Below are positions 11,965 to 24,308 of a stretch of 64,000 nucleotides of DNA, one piece after another; within the stretch, counting starts at the first letter, position 1, and every line of letters begins with the position of its first letter. A model generated the notes under the pieces. The model was not told where the DNA came from. It ran no database searches and saw only the letters and a program-made list of their open reading frames with translations. The position numbers and the translations under genes are program-made. This DNA is from Mobula hypostoma (lineage: Eukaryota), in the NCBI RefSeq assembly GCF_963921235.1, contig NC_086097.1, positions 57,104,001 to 57,168,000 of the forward strand, given 5' to 3'.

Positions 11965-14900
11965 CCTAGTGGAGCAGTCATCGTTGGAGTAGGCTGAGGC
12001 AGAGTAGCAAGGCTTTGGTGAGAACAGCCGGAGGCAAGGTAAGTAGGTAAGTTTATTTCTTATTTAGATCTTGAGAGAATAGGGGATATGTCTGCAGAGC
12101 CAGTGTTCTGTCCTGGGGTGTCAAATGTGGGATTTCCAGGAAACTTCCAGCCTCCCCACTGGCTATATCTGTGCCAGGTGCTTCGAGATGCAGCTCCTTA
12201 GGAACTGTGTTACGGAACTGGAGTTGCAGCTTGATGACCTTTTGGCTTGTTAGGGAAAGTGAAGCAAGGATAGATAGGAGCTACAGGGAGGTAGTCACTC
12301 CAGTTCTACAGGAGACAGGTAAATGGATGACTGTCAGGAGAGGGAAGGGAGAACGTTACATAGTGATAAGCACCCCTGTGGCCGTCCCCCTCAACAATAA
12401 GTACTCCTTTTTGAGGACTGTTGGAGGACAACCTACACGGGGGAAGCAGCAGTGGCTGTGCCTCTGGCACTGAGGCTCAGAAGGGTAGGGAACTGAAGAG
12501 GATGGCAGCAGTAATAGAGTCCTCCACAGTCAGGGGGACAGGTAGGCGATTCTGTGGACACGAAAGGGAAACATGGGTGGTAGTTTGCCTCCCAGATGCC
12601 AGGGTCTGTAATGTTTCTGGATGTGTTCTCAATATCCTGGAAAGGGAGGGTGTGCAGCTAGACAGGTAGAAAAAAGGAGGTCCTGAAAAAAGAATACAAG
12701 GAGTTAGGAAGGAAGGAAACAGAAGCAGGACCTCAAGGGTGGTTATCTCAAGATTGTTGCCTGGATAGGAATAGAATGAGGTGGCAGATAAATGTGGGGC
12801 TGAAGAATAGGAGCAGGGAGCAGGGATTCAGATTTCTGGATAATTGGGACCTCTTCTGGAGCAAGTGGGACCTGTACAAAAGGGATGGGTTGCACTTGAA
12901 TCCGAGGGGGACCAATATTCTTGCAAACAGATTTATTAGAGCTGTTGGGAGCAGTTTAAACTAATATGGCAGGGGGATGGGTACCAGTATGACAGAGCTG
13001 AGGATGAACCAGCATGTTTGTAAGTAGATGATGGGTGTAACATGAATGTAAGGAAGGACAAGCCAATGATTGGGTACAAATGCAGAGAGAGCAAAGAGTT
13101 GAATTTTGCCTCTGATACAATTTAAAAAGGCAAGAATGCAGGACTGAAGGTGTTGTATTTAAATGCACACAGCATTTGGAGTAAGGTGGACGAACTTGTG
13201 GCGCAATTAGATTGGTCGGTATGACATTATGGGCATCACTGAGTCATGGCTGAAAAAAGGACATAGTTGGGAGCTTAACAACAGAGGATATACTTTGTAT
13301 CAAAAGGAAAGGCAGAAAGGCATAGGGAGTGGTGTGGCTCTGTTGGTAAGAGATGGAATTACATCTTTAGAAAGCGGTGACATAGAGTGACAATGTTGAA
13401 TTTTTGTGGGTGAAGTTAAGAAAGGGCAAAAAAAAAATAGGAATCATATATAGGCCTCCAAATAGTAGCCAAGATGTAGGGTTGAGATTGCAAAGGGAGC
13501 TGGAAAAGTCATGTAATAGGGGTAATGACACAATTGTAATGGGGAACTTCAATATGCACAGGGATTGGGAAAATCTGGTTTGTCAGATCGCAAGAGAGGG
13601 AATTTGTTGAATGCCTACGAGATGGCTTTTTAGAGTAGCTTGTGCTTGAGCCTAATCTGAGAAAAGCTATCTTAGATCAGGTGTCGTATAATAACCCAGA
13701 TCTTATGAGGGAAATTAACGTAAAGGAACCCTTAGGAGGTAGTGATCACAATATGATTGAATTATACTGCAATTTGAGAGGGAGAAACAGAACTCACGTG
13801 TATCAGTATCACAATGGAATAAAGGGAATTATAGAGACATGAAGGAGGAGCTTGCCTATGTGGATTGGAGGAGGATGCTGGCGGGATGACAGCAGAGCAG
13901 AGATGGCTGAAGTTTCTGGGAATAGATCACAAGGTGAAGAATAGATGTATCCCACAGAGGAAGAGGTTCTCAAATGGCAGGGGTAGGCAGCCGTGGCTGA
14001 CAAAGGAAGTTAAGGACTGTATAAAAGCCAATGAAAGAGCACATAAGGTAGCAAAAGCAAGTGGAAAGTTGGATGATTGGCAAGCTTTTAAAATCCAACA
14101 GAAGGCAACTAAAAAAGCTATAACATGAAGTATGTCACTCCACTTTTTAAGAAGGGAGGAAGGCAAAAAAAAAAAGGAAATTAGGCCAGTTAGCCTAACC
14201 TCTGGTTGGGAAAATGTCGGAGTTTATCATTAAGGATGAGGTTTCCCTCTTTTTCGAGGTACTCGACAAGGTTGTCCTCTTAGTCCTTTATTATTTGATA
14301 TTGCATTAGAACCTCTTGCAATTGCCATTCGAGGATCTCCAAATATTACTGGGATAACTCGGGGCCTAAAGTCCCATAAAATATCACTCTATGCTGATGA
14401 CTTACTTTTATATATTTCTAATCCTCAAAAATCCATCCCTGCTGTTTTAGAGTTATTAGCACAATTTAGTCTCTTTTCAGGTTATAATTTAAATCTTAGT
14501 AAGAGTGAACTTTTCCCGATTAATAAACAACTTCCCTTATATCATAACTTTCCATTTAAATTGATTAATAATTATCTTTCATATCTTGGGATTAAAATTA
14601 CTTGTAAATACAAAGATTTATTTAAGATTAACTTTTTACCCTTAATTGACCATATTATTCAACTTTCATCTAAATGGTTTCCTTTATATTTAACTTTGAT
14701 TGGTCGTATTAATGCAGTTAAGATGTTTTTTTTGCCAAAATTTCTATATATATTTCAGGCATTACCAATCTTTGTCCCAAAATCTTTTTTTGATAAAGTT
14801 GACTTAAAAATTTCTTCATTTATTTGGCAAAATTAAAACCCGAGGCTGGGTAAAATACATTTACAGAAAGCTAAGAGAGATGGAGGTTTAGCATTACCTA

Positions 14901-17755
14901 ACTTTAGATTCTATTATTGGGCAATTAATATTCGACATATGAAATTTTGGTTACTTGACCAGGATATACTATCTATTCCTAAATGGGTAGCATTGGAATT
15001 ACAATCTGTTCAGGGTTATACACTTGGCTCTATTTTAGGTTTCTCTCTTCCTTTTGATTTGAAACGCCTCAAACAGGTATCTAACCCGATCGTTAAATAT
15101 ACCTTACGTATTTGGTTTCAATTCAGAAAATTTTTTGATCTTAACCAATTTGGGTTAGCGATTCCTATTTTAGGTAATATATTTTTTCCTCCCTCGTTTA
15201 CGGATTGTGCTTTTCAAATTTGGAAGACTAAGGGTATTTCACGGTTTTTGGATTTATTTTTAGATGGTTCCTTATGTCTTTTGAACAATTATCTAATAAA
15301 TATAATTTATCAAGAATACATTTTTTTAGCTATCTACAAGTTAGAAATTTCTTAAGTACTATACTTTCTTCTTTTCCTATGCTTCCTCCTACATACATTT
15401 TAGATACTATAATTAACCTTAATCCATGTCAGAAAGGTGCATCGGCTATGATTTATAATATTATTATGAAACTTAGGAAAGCTCCATTTGATAAGATTAG
15501 GGTAGATTGGGAACAGGAATTGGGGTCTATCATTTCCGTGGATGACTGGGGGCAGATTTTACAATTAGTCAATACTTCCTCTATATGTGCTAAACATTCC
15601 CTAATTCAATTTAAAGTTGTTCATAGAGCACATATGTCCAAAGATAAATTAGCTCGCTTTTATTCTCATATTAATCCTTTTTGTGATAGATGTCCGGGAC
15701 AGATAGCCTCTTTAATTCATATGTTTTGGTCTTGTCCTACTCTGGAAACTTTTTGGAGAGACATTTTTAATATTATCTCCAAGGTATTGAATATAGATAT
15801 CTCTCCTCACCCTATTACTGCTGTCTTTGGACTACCTAAAATTTCCAGTAATCTTTCTCCTTCAGCCCGTAGAATGATTGCATTTCTTACTTTAATGGTG
15901 AAAAGATGCATCTTACAACATTGGAAAGAGCTTAATGCTCCAACTACCTTTTTTTGGTTTTCTCAGACGACATTATGCTTGAATTTGGAGAAAATTAGAA
16001 GCAATCTTTATGATTCCTCACTTAAATTTGAACAGACCTGGAGATCTTTTATTCAATATTTTCATTTAATGTAATTTTTTTCTCTTTTTTTTGCTCCATA
16101 TTTGTATACCCTTCTTGTTTTTTTCTACTGTTTTTAATGGAGGTCGGGATTGAGGACGTGATTTTAAGTTTTTTTTTTAACTCTGTTTGGTTCCAAGTTA
16201 GCCCATTGCTTTGCTTTGCTTTTAGTTAGTTGCACGGTGGGTTTTTTTTTGGGTTTTTTTTTCTTTTTCTCTATTGATAAATTAGTATACTGTTACCTTA
16301 GTATGTTATGTTTAAATTACATTGTTTGTATTATTTTTTGTGTATTAATATCTCCTGTAATTTTATTATATTCTAACAGTGTATTAGTGCTTATATGGCT
16401 TACCTTTTTGTATACTTATTCAATAAAAAGATTTAAAAAGAAAGAAAGGATGAGGTTTCAGGATACCTGGAGACTAATAATAAAATAAGTCAAAGTCAGC
16501 GTGGTTTCTGTAAAGGAAAACCTTGCCTGGCAAATCTGTTAAGAGTTCTTCAAGGAACTAACAAGCAGGGTGGACAAAGGAGAGGTAGTGGATGTTATTC
16601 ACTTGGATTTTCAGAAGAGGTTTGATAAGGTGCCATATGAGGTTGCTTGACAAGATAAAATCCTAAAGTACTACAGAAAAAATTACATGGATAGTGGAAT
16701 GGCTGACAGGCAGGAGGCAGCGAGTGGGAATAAAAGGGGCCTTTTCTAATTGGCTGCTGGTGACTAGTGGTGTTCCTCAGGGGTCAGTATTGGGACCACT
16801 ACTTTTCACATTGTTTGTCAATAAGTTGGATAATGTCATTGATGGCTTTGTGGCAAAGCTTGCAGATGATATGAAGATAAATGGAGGGTTAGGTAGTGCT
16901 GAGGAAAAAATGTGATTGCAGCAGGACTTAAGACAATTTGGAAGAATGGGCAAAAAGTGGAAGTTGGAAGACTGTTGGGAAATGTACAAAAATGCATTTT
17001 GGTAAAAGGAACAATAATGTGGACTATTATCTAAATGGGAAGAAGGTTCAAGCATCAGAGGTGCAGAGGGACTTGGGAGTCCACATGCAAGACTCCCAGA
17101 AGGTTAATTTACACGTTGAGTATGTAGTAAAGAAGGCAAATACAATGTTGACATTTATTTCAAGGGGAATAGAATATAAAAGCAAGGAGATAATCTTGAC
17201 CCTTTATAAGACACTGGTCAGGCCGCACTTGGAGTATCGTCAACAGTTTTGGGCCCCAAATCTGAGAAAGGATGTGTTGTCATTAGAGAATATCCAGTGG
17301 AGGTTCACGAGGATGATTCAGGAAATGAAGGGGTTAACATATGTGGAGCCTTTGGCACTTCGGGCCTGCACTCACTGGAATTTAGGACAATGTGTGGTGA
17401 TCTCATTGAAATCTATCGGATGTTGAAAGGACTAGATATGGTGGATGTGGAGATGTTTCCTATAGTGGGGGTCTCCAGAACTACAGGGCACAACCTCAAA
17501 ATTGAGGGATGACCTTTTAGAACAGAGGTAAGGAAGAATTTTTTTAGCCAGAGAATAGTGAATCTGTGGAATGCTCTGCCACAAACTGCAGCGGAGGCCA
17601 AGTCTATGGGTATATTTAAAGCGGAAGTTGATTGTTTTCTGATCGATCAAAGCATTAAAGAATATGGCCAGAAAGGCAGGTGTATGGGGTTGAATGGGAT
17701 CAGGGATCAGCCACGATGGAATAGTGGTGCAGATTTGATGGGCTGAATGTCTTAT
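11965..17755 (+). mobile_element. Degenerate near-full-length CR1 LINE (ORF1 zinc finger and SGNH esterase, APE, RT), internally deleted and interrupted by an L1
   Basis: ORF1 remnants (ICARC, VVCLPDARV, DGLHLN, ...SLN*), APE remnants (YRPPNS, MGNFN, GSDHN) and RT motifs (GVPQGSVLGP, LADD); the sequence resumes across the L1 TSD. Confidence 0.9.
14246..16445 (+). mobile_element. 5'-truncated L1-clade LINE (ORF2 RT C-terminal half, CCHC region, 3' UTR)
   Basis: RGTRQGCPLSPLLF, LYADDLL, YLGIKI and CDRC..HMFWSC motifs; AATAAA at 16422-16427 followed by an A/GAAA tail; 14-bp TSD AAGGATGAGGTTTC at 14232-14245 and 16446-16459. Confidence 0.93.
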
Positions 17756-18160
17756 AGTCACTGAAGTTAGGCTCACCGGCCTATAATTTCCTGGCTTATT
17801 TGTAGAACCTTTCTTAAACAACAGAACAACTTTAGCTATCTTCCAATCCTCTGGCATCCACCTATGGCTAAGGATGCTTTAAATATCTCTGCTAGGGCTG
17901 CTTCAATTTTTGCACTATCCTCCCACAGGGTCTGAGGGCACATTTTCAGGCCCTAGGGATTTATTCACCCTAGTCTGCCTCCAGACAGCAAGTCCTTCCT
18001 CCTCTATGATCTATATAGGGTCCATGACTTTGCAGCTGCATTGACTCTGTATCCATCTCCCAAATAAAAATAGATGCAAAAAAATCCATTCAAGACCTAC
18101 CCCATCTTTTTTAGCTCCATGGTTAGCTTACCAGTCTGATCTTACAGAGGACTAATTTTG
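17756..18160 (-). mobile_element. CR1 ORF2 fragment
   Basis: PEDWKIAKVVLLFKKGS..PGNYRPVSLTS motif. Confidence 0.8.
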
Positions 18161-18399
18161 TGCAGCAGAGGAAAAGTGAAAGGAATGTTCGAAATCACAT
18201 ATTAGAAATAGTGAAAGTTTTGTTTAGATGTAATCATAGTGGACATATTGAAATTGGATACAATTCATCAATTGCAGGATGGAGGACGATTAAAAGAGAA
18301 ACAATTGGTTGGTAGGGGAAGGGCAAGGCAAGTGCAAGGGAACGAAAGCTGAACTATCAGATGGAAACTTCAAACTGAAAAAAAATCAGTACAGTATAG

Positions 18400-19860
18400 G
18401 ATTTTAACAAACGTAGACATTAAAGGAAGTGAACGGATATATCGGCGCTGAAAGTGAGGTATCCAGGGTTTATGTGAAGCGGGTCACTGAAACTATGACT
18501 AACTTTCATTACGACTACAAATATAACTACACATGGACGGGGCAGCTACACATAAGGTGGGGTCGTTGTTCTCGACAACGGAACCCTGAACTATTGAGCA
18601 GAAGCAGGTTACCCGGACCAGAAACCAAAGAAGTAAAAGGCAATTTGTTGTTAGAACTGAACGGGTCCAACAGCGTCCGTTCGAAATGAACACCAGTGTT
18701 TCGGGGAGAGACCCCCGTGTCCTTCGCTCTCACTCAAACATCTGCAGTCTATCTCGTGTCTCCGGGAACCAAAAGAAGAGATCGTCCTTTGAACCTAACA
18801 CACAGTTTAAACATGGTCGGCAAGCATGAAACCTCTTCCCCACAGGGCGACCTTTCGGTGACGGCGGCCCTGCACCCCTCTTTGCTGACCGCGCCAAACA
18901 CAACCAACGCCGCCTTCATCACCATGACTTACCTAAACCCTGCTCCCGCCGTAAATCTGGACTCGCGCTCGCACATTCACTACTACTATCGCAGAGGCAG
19001 AACAGCACGATCTTGTGTTGTTTTTAACCAGTGATCAAGGAATATTCGGCTAACAATTTTTTTAAACGATTAAAACACGTGAATAACTGGTGGATGATGG
19101 AAAGTCACTTTTGAGTCAGGGAGTAACTTTACGTCAGGTTCAAGACCCGGATGCGGCGCGAGACTTTTTTTGAATGTTAATCCCGATCCTCAGCCCAACT
19201 GCAGCAGCGGGCAGAAAGGTCTGGCTTTAGCCCCCGGGACTTCACATTGAGGTGGCTGCCCGAGCTGCAGAGAACGATCCGGGACCTAGAAGTGAGGTGC
19301 GGCGGTGGTGCTGTCCGAACCGCAGAGAAAAACCCCGCTCTGGGCTGACTGGGCGGAGAGTGTCTATTCCCTGGGCAACGGGGACGGGATGGGCACAGCA
19401 ACTTCATGAAGCTCTTGGTGGGTTGCTGTAATTGAGAGAAAACTTGCCTCCCGACGCATTTAACAGTCAGCTGTGTACAATGCACTCAGTTTGAAACTGC
19501 TGTCGTGTAACGCTGAGGAGCGGGAAGAAATCGCTGGGACGCGGGACCCGGCAGGTTAGAGCGAATTTTACCTTGGATCCCATAGAGCCTATGAACGCAC
19601 ATCCACAACCAAAGGAACTGGATGCTGACGAGGGCAAATGGCGAAGGTATTTGAAGAAGATCGCACCTTCCCTTTTCGGACTGTGAGCGGAGTCCAAACT
19701 TCGGCAAAAAAGTTATGTCGAGTTACTTCTCCGCAGCATGTGGAGGACTTTGTTTACATCCCACCGGCTCTGCCAGAAAATAAAGCAAGCTTTGAACTTT
19801 TAGCACCAGCTGCGGATGTGTCAGAAGGAGGAGGAGGAGGAGGATTTTCTCAAGGTTAAT
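18400..19860. promoter_or_regulatory. CpG-rich bidirectional promoter region shared by TIMM9 (-) and KIAA0586 (+)
   Basis: Sharp local CpG enrichment in an otherwise CpG-poor window. A consensus minus-strand donor AG|GTAAGT at 18933/18932 marks a probable TIMM9 non-coding first exon. Motifs: ZNF143/THAP11-like 18982-18998, TGAGTCA 19112-19118, TTACGTCA 19129-19136, GC box 19351-19356, X-box-like 19366-19379. Confidence 0.75.
19638..19854 (+). CDS. KIAA0586: TALPID3 coding exon 1: MAKVFEEDR...SAKKLCRVTSPQHVEDFVYIPPALPENK...GGGGGGFSQ
   Basis: ATG preceded by an in-frame stop (19626-19628); IPPALPENK resembles the TALPID3 VPPALSANK motif; CAAG|gttaat donor, phase 1, matching exon 2. Confidence 0.7.
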
Positions 19861-20201
19861 AACAATTCTTCACTTAATGTGTTAGCTTGGATAATTTGGT
19901 AAAATGTAAAACATAGAACGACATCCAGTGATTGATTTGCACGATGGGTGATAGTCAGTATACAAGTGTAGTTATTTTGTAACTTGTTATCAGCATTGTC
20001 ATGTCGGAATTTTCAAGTTTTGCAGTGTGGCAAAATTGATGTTAAAGGTATTCATAAACATACCTGAAGCAATAAGTTATTGATTTGATATTTGCTGATA
20101 AATTCCCCAACCTCTGGGGTTATCACTTCATTAAATCTAAAGTTTTCAATAGGATAAGGCAAAGATCAATATCTACTAAAAAGCAAACACATATTTTCCA
20201 G

Positions 20202-20296
20202 CAACACACATAAAAGTTGCTGGTGAACGCAGCAGGCCAGGCAGCATCGCTAGGAAGAGGTGCAGTCGAGGTTTCAGGCCGAGACCCTTGGTCAGG
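20202..20296 (-). mobile_element. Short Penelope-derived insertion with a degenerate hammerhead motif
   Basis: 13-bp TSD ACATATTTTCCAG (20189-20201 and 20297-20309); 8 differences in 96 nt from the copy at 24143 by manual alignment. Confidence 0.85.
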
Positions 20297-21796
20297 ACAT
20301 ATTTTCCAGTCTTGAAGGTGACGTGCTGGAAGTAGGGAAAAGCTTGTAAGGATTAATCCTGTAGCAGACTTGAGGGACTGTCATGCTATTGAAAAGTCAA
20401 TCTTCATCTTAACACCATTGATCTGTCTTACATAAAACACTATAATCAGGAACAGGGTTTTCAACCCACAATGTGTATACCAATCTTTGTCATTGAAGTC
20501 TAACCCAATGTTGTTTGCTCCATATCCTTCAATATTGTGAAATAAATCTGTTTCAGATTTTAAAATGTTAAGATGTGGTGACTAGAACATTCTAGGCAGT
20601 TATGGTGTAATCCAACTGAAACTGCACAGTTGGAAATTACTAGAATGATCACTGTTTTATATTTTAGATTTCTTCTTGTGACTTAAATTCTTAAAAATTT
20701 TTTTATTGATAATCTGCTTACGTACATAGCTTGTAATCTCTTAAAACATCCATTGTTATTACCTCTTCACCATAATTATTTTATCACCTGCCCTACAATT
20801 AAAAAAAGCCAGGAGAGAAAAGATGAAATATGAAGATAAGCTAGCCAATAATATAAAAGAGGATACCCAAAGTTTTTACAAATATATAAAGAGTAAAAGA
20901 GAGATGAGATTAGATATCAGACTGCTGAAAGATGATGCTGGAGAGATAGAAATGAGGAACAAAAAAATGGCGGACTTTGAACTTTGGTTTCATTTTTCAT
21001 CCGTGCAGCACTACTGGTGTCATACAAGGAGAAATCCTCGATCATATCCTGCATTCTCTTATTTTCCTTTTGTTCTACCTCAGTGTACTTACTTACAGAG
21101 TGAGCTGCCAAGTGGCATACAAACAAAAGCTTTGCACTGTATCTTGATATACATGACAATATTAAACCAATTATCAATTCTTCCTAGCTTCCAGTGGTCC
21201 CCAGCAGCTAACCTGAAAATGCAGCTACTGTTTCATTGTGCACTTTTTTTGTATTATCATCCAGCTCTATTTCATTGCCATCTGGCTCCTCCATTAATTG
21301 TATATTTTCAGATTAGGTGAGCAACTATCCTCACCAGGCAAATACTATAAAGACTAAAAGCATTGTATTTGCTCCAGCATAAAATCTTTTCCATGGCACC
21401 AATTTCTTATCTCTTTCACTGGGATTCTCTGAAACTCAGCTAATCTCTGTCTATTCTTTGATATTCTATTCAACTTTAAGATGAGCTTTTGCACTATAAG
21501 AAGAAAAGTTGTAACATAGTCCTGTTATAGGAATTTCTACATTAGAAAACATTCTTTGAGATATGGTCTTTTACTGTTAATTGGACACTATTTGGATTCT
21601 AATGAAACAATAGTATATGGTTTTGTTAGGTTTGTTTTAATTATATCTTGGACTGAAGAAAAAACTTCAAGTGTGCGTAATTTTTGAAAGCTTATTCCTT
21701 GTATCTGGTTTTTGTGGATTTTTAAAATTAAATTTAAGATTTGCAACTCTTTTGTGAGGATTGTACACAATCTTATTTGCAATTATTTGATTTCAG

Positions 21797-21879
21797 TGCA
21801 TGATTTGTCCAGAACAAAATCAACTAGTCAGCGGGCACAAGGAGAAGGTGGATGTGACCATTACAAGTCATCTCAATGG
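21797..21879 (+). CDS. KIAA0586: TALPID3 coding exon 2: (V)HDLSRTKSTSQRAQGEGGCDHYKSSQW
   Basis: tttcag acceptor and TGG|gtaaaa donor; open in phase 1 to 0. Sequence conservation is low, so the call rests on splice sites and frame. Confidence 0.6.
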
Positions 21880-22289
21880 GTAAAAAAAAATCTTATTTTA
21901 TTACCATTGCAATGACAGCTGTGCTATTTTGCAGTTTTCATAAGGGGCTTTACTTTTCTACGTTGTTTGGTCATATACACTAATATCTCTTGATTGAAAA
22001 TTCTTGATAATTTTACGTAAATTAAATGAAAGTGTACTGTTTCAGCTTAGACGAATGACAACAACTTGAATGTTTAGTTTGGTGTTGACCGGAGGAAATA
22101 AGAAATAAAGGAGGAGAATTAAAATTAAATTGTGTGACTGCCATTTTTGCTCAGCAAATTGGTTTATTACTGTCACATACACTAGGTTACAATGAAAAAC
22201 TTGTCTTGCATATTGTCCATACAGATCATTTCATTATGATAGTGCATTGAGTTAGCACAAGGTAAAACAATAACAGAGTGCAGAATAAG

Positions 22290-22690
22290 GTCATAAGACA
22301 CAGGAGCAGAATTCAGCCATTCAGCCCATCGAGTCTGCTCCATCATTTAATCATGGCTGATTTACTTTCCATCTCAACCCCATTTTTCTGCCTTCTCTCC
22401 GTAACCTTTGATGTCCTTACTAATCAAGAATCTATCGACCTCTACTTCTAAATATACCCTGTGATTTGGCCTCCATAGCCATCTGTGGCAGTGAATTCCA
22501 CAGATTCACCACCCTCTGGCTAAAGAAATTCCTCCTCACCTCTGTTCTAAAGGTACATCCTTGTATTCTGAGGCTGTGCTCTTTTGTCCTAGACTTCCCC
22601 CACTATAGGAAGCATCCTCTCCATGTCCACTCTATCTAGGCTTTCAATATTCAATGAGCTCTCCCCTCCTAACACCTTATTCTTGTCATA
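22290..22690 (-). mobile_element. CR1 3' end fragment
   Basis: Reverse complement of the CR1 3' UTR and of the RVVNLWNSLP region seen at 1100-1455. Confidence 0.8.
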
Positions 22691-24142
22691 AAGTGTTATA
22701 GTTACAGAGAGTGCACTGCATGGAGTTAATAAGGTGGAGGGTCACATTGAGGTAGACTGTGGGTCAAGAATCCATCGTTCTGTACTAGGGAACCATTCAA
22801 TAGTCTTATAACCACAGGATAAACACTGTCTTTGAGCCAGGTGATACATGTTTGCATGTTTTTCTAAGCAAAGGATCATTGCACTGAAGCCATAATGGAC
22901 GTGCAACAGATCAGTCAGTACCTGGGCAGTGAGAGAATGGTGGCAAGAATGAAACTTTGTGGGATCATAAAGATTAATAGTTAATACCATGAGCTAATAT
23001 AGATCAACAAAGATGGGCAATAATTGTGTGGAACTTTGTAATATAATATGCTTTATGGGTGAGAAGGTGAGCTAATATTTTGGAAGGTAGGGTAGCTGGC
23101 CAAGAAATTATCAGAGTAGTCAAGTATGGAAATGACAAAAGCAAGGCAGAGTAATATCAGCTTTGGCAGGTGAAGTGGTAGATGATATGAAAGTGGAGGT
23201 AGATTGTCTTGTGCTGGGTTAGATATGAGATAAAAAATTTAACTTGTTGTCAAAAAGATTGTTGAAGTGGTGAGTGTTCCTTCTCAGTTCAAGTAGTGAC
23301 AGGCACCCCAGACAAAATGGATTGACTGCAAGAATAGAGTTAATGAGGGAGATGGGAGATGGTGCCTTTTGTCCTGTTATTAACCAGGTGTCTTACAAAT
23401 TTTGTAAAGTTGGGTTGAAGGGGTACCTGACAACCTAGGCAAGGGTGGTTCGAATCAAGTGTTGGAGAGTTGTAACTTGGATCTTCAATTTTTTACTAAG
23501 CTGTCTGTTCCCCTGCCAAATTAGAATGTTTTTAGAGTATGATTGTGGGTAATAGTTGGCATCTATGTCTGGAGTCAAGGTTCTGCAATTTGTTCCAATT
23601 TGTTTTCCTTTTAAGGTGGTCTTTAAGTCCCAGCTCAGTGTTTGAACTTTGAATGGATATCTTATTCCATTTGTTACATGGTTTGTAACTTCTCTGTGAG
23701 GTGCCTGGAACGTTTTTCTTGTGTGTTAAAGTTACTTTATAAATGCAAATATCCATCGTAAAAGATACTTTATATGGTTGTATATAGTTGTTCTTGCTGT
23801 ATAATGCATAGCCAGGAAAATATAGGCCTCAACTTTTAGTTGATAAAATTAACTTAGTTAACAAATAAATTAGTTAATAATAACCACATTTGCATGGTTC
23901 AACATTAAACATTCTGATCCTTAGATCTTATATCGTTTCTCACTATCACCTTGATCTCATCTTTAATTAAGAGTGCTACCCCACCTCCCTTACCTTCAGA
24001 ATCAGAAACAGGTTTATTATCACCGGCATGTGACGTGAAATTTGTTAACTTAGCAGCAGCAGTTCAATGCGATACGTTATCTAACAGAGAGAGAGAAAAA
24101 AATATAATAATAAATAAAATAAAACATAATAAATAAACAAGT

Positions 24143-24239
24143 CCTGACGAAGAGTCTCGGCCCGAAATGTCGACTGTACCTCTTCCTAGAGATGCTGCCT
24201 GGCCTGCTGCGTTCACCAGCAACTTTGATGTGTGTTGCT
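24143..24239 (+). mobile_element. Short Penelope-derived insertion (97 nt) beginning with a minimal hammerhead motif
   Basis: 13-bp TSD TAAATAAACAAGT (24130-24142 and 24240-24252); CTGACGA-A-GAGTCTCGGCCC-GAAA-TG-TC-GACT. Confidence 0.85.
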
Positions 24240-24308
24240 TAAATAAACAAGTAAATCAATTATGTATATTGAATAGATTATTTTAAAAAATGTGCAAAAA
24301 CAGAAATA

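Noticed and set aside
20800..21320. 165-aa ORF in KIAA0586 intron 1
   Set aside because: The first ~50 aa are a CR1 ORF2 fragment (KYEDKLANNIKED) and the rest is low-information read-through. Its match to the segment deleted from the 12-17.7 kb CR1 is probably coincidental.
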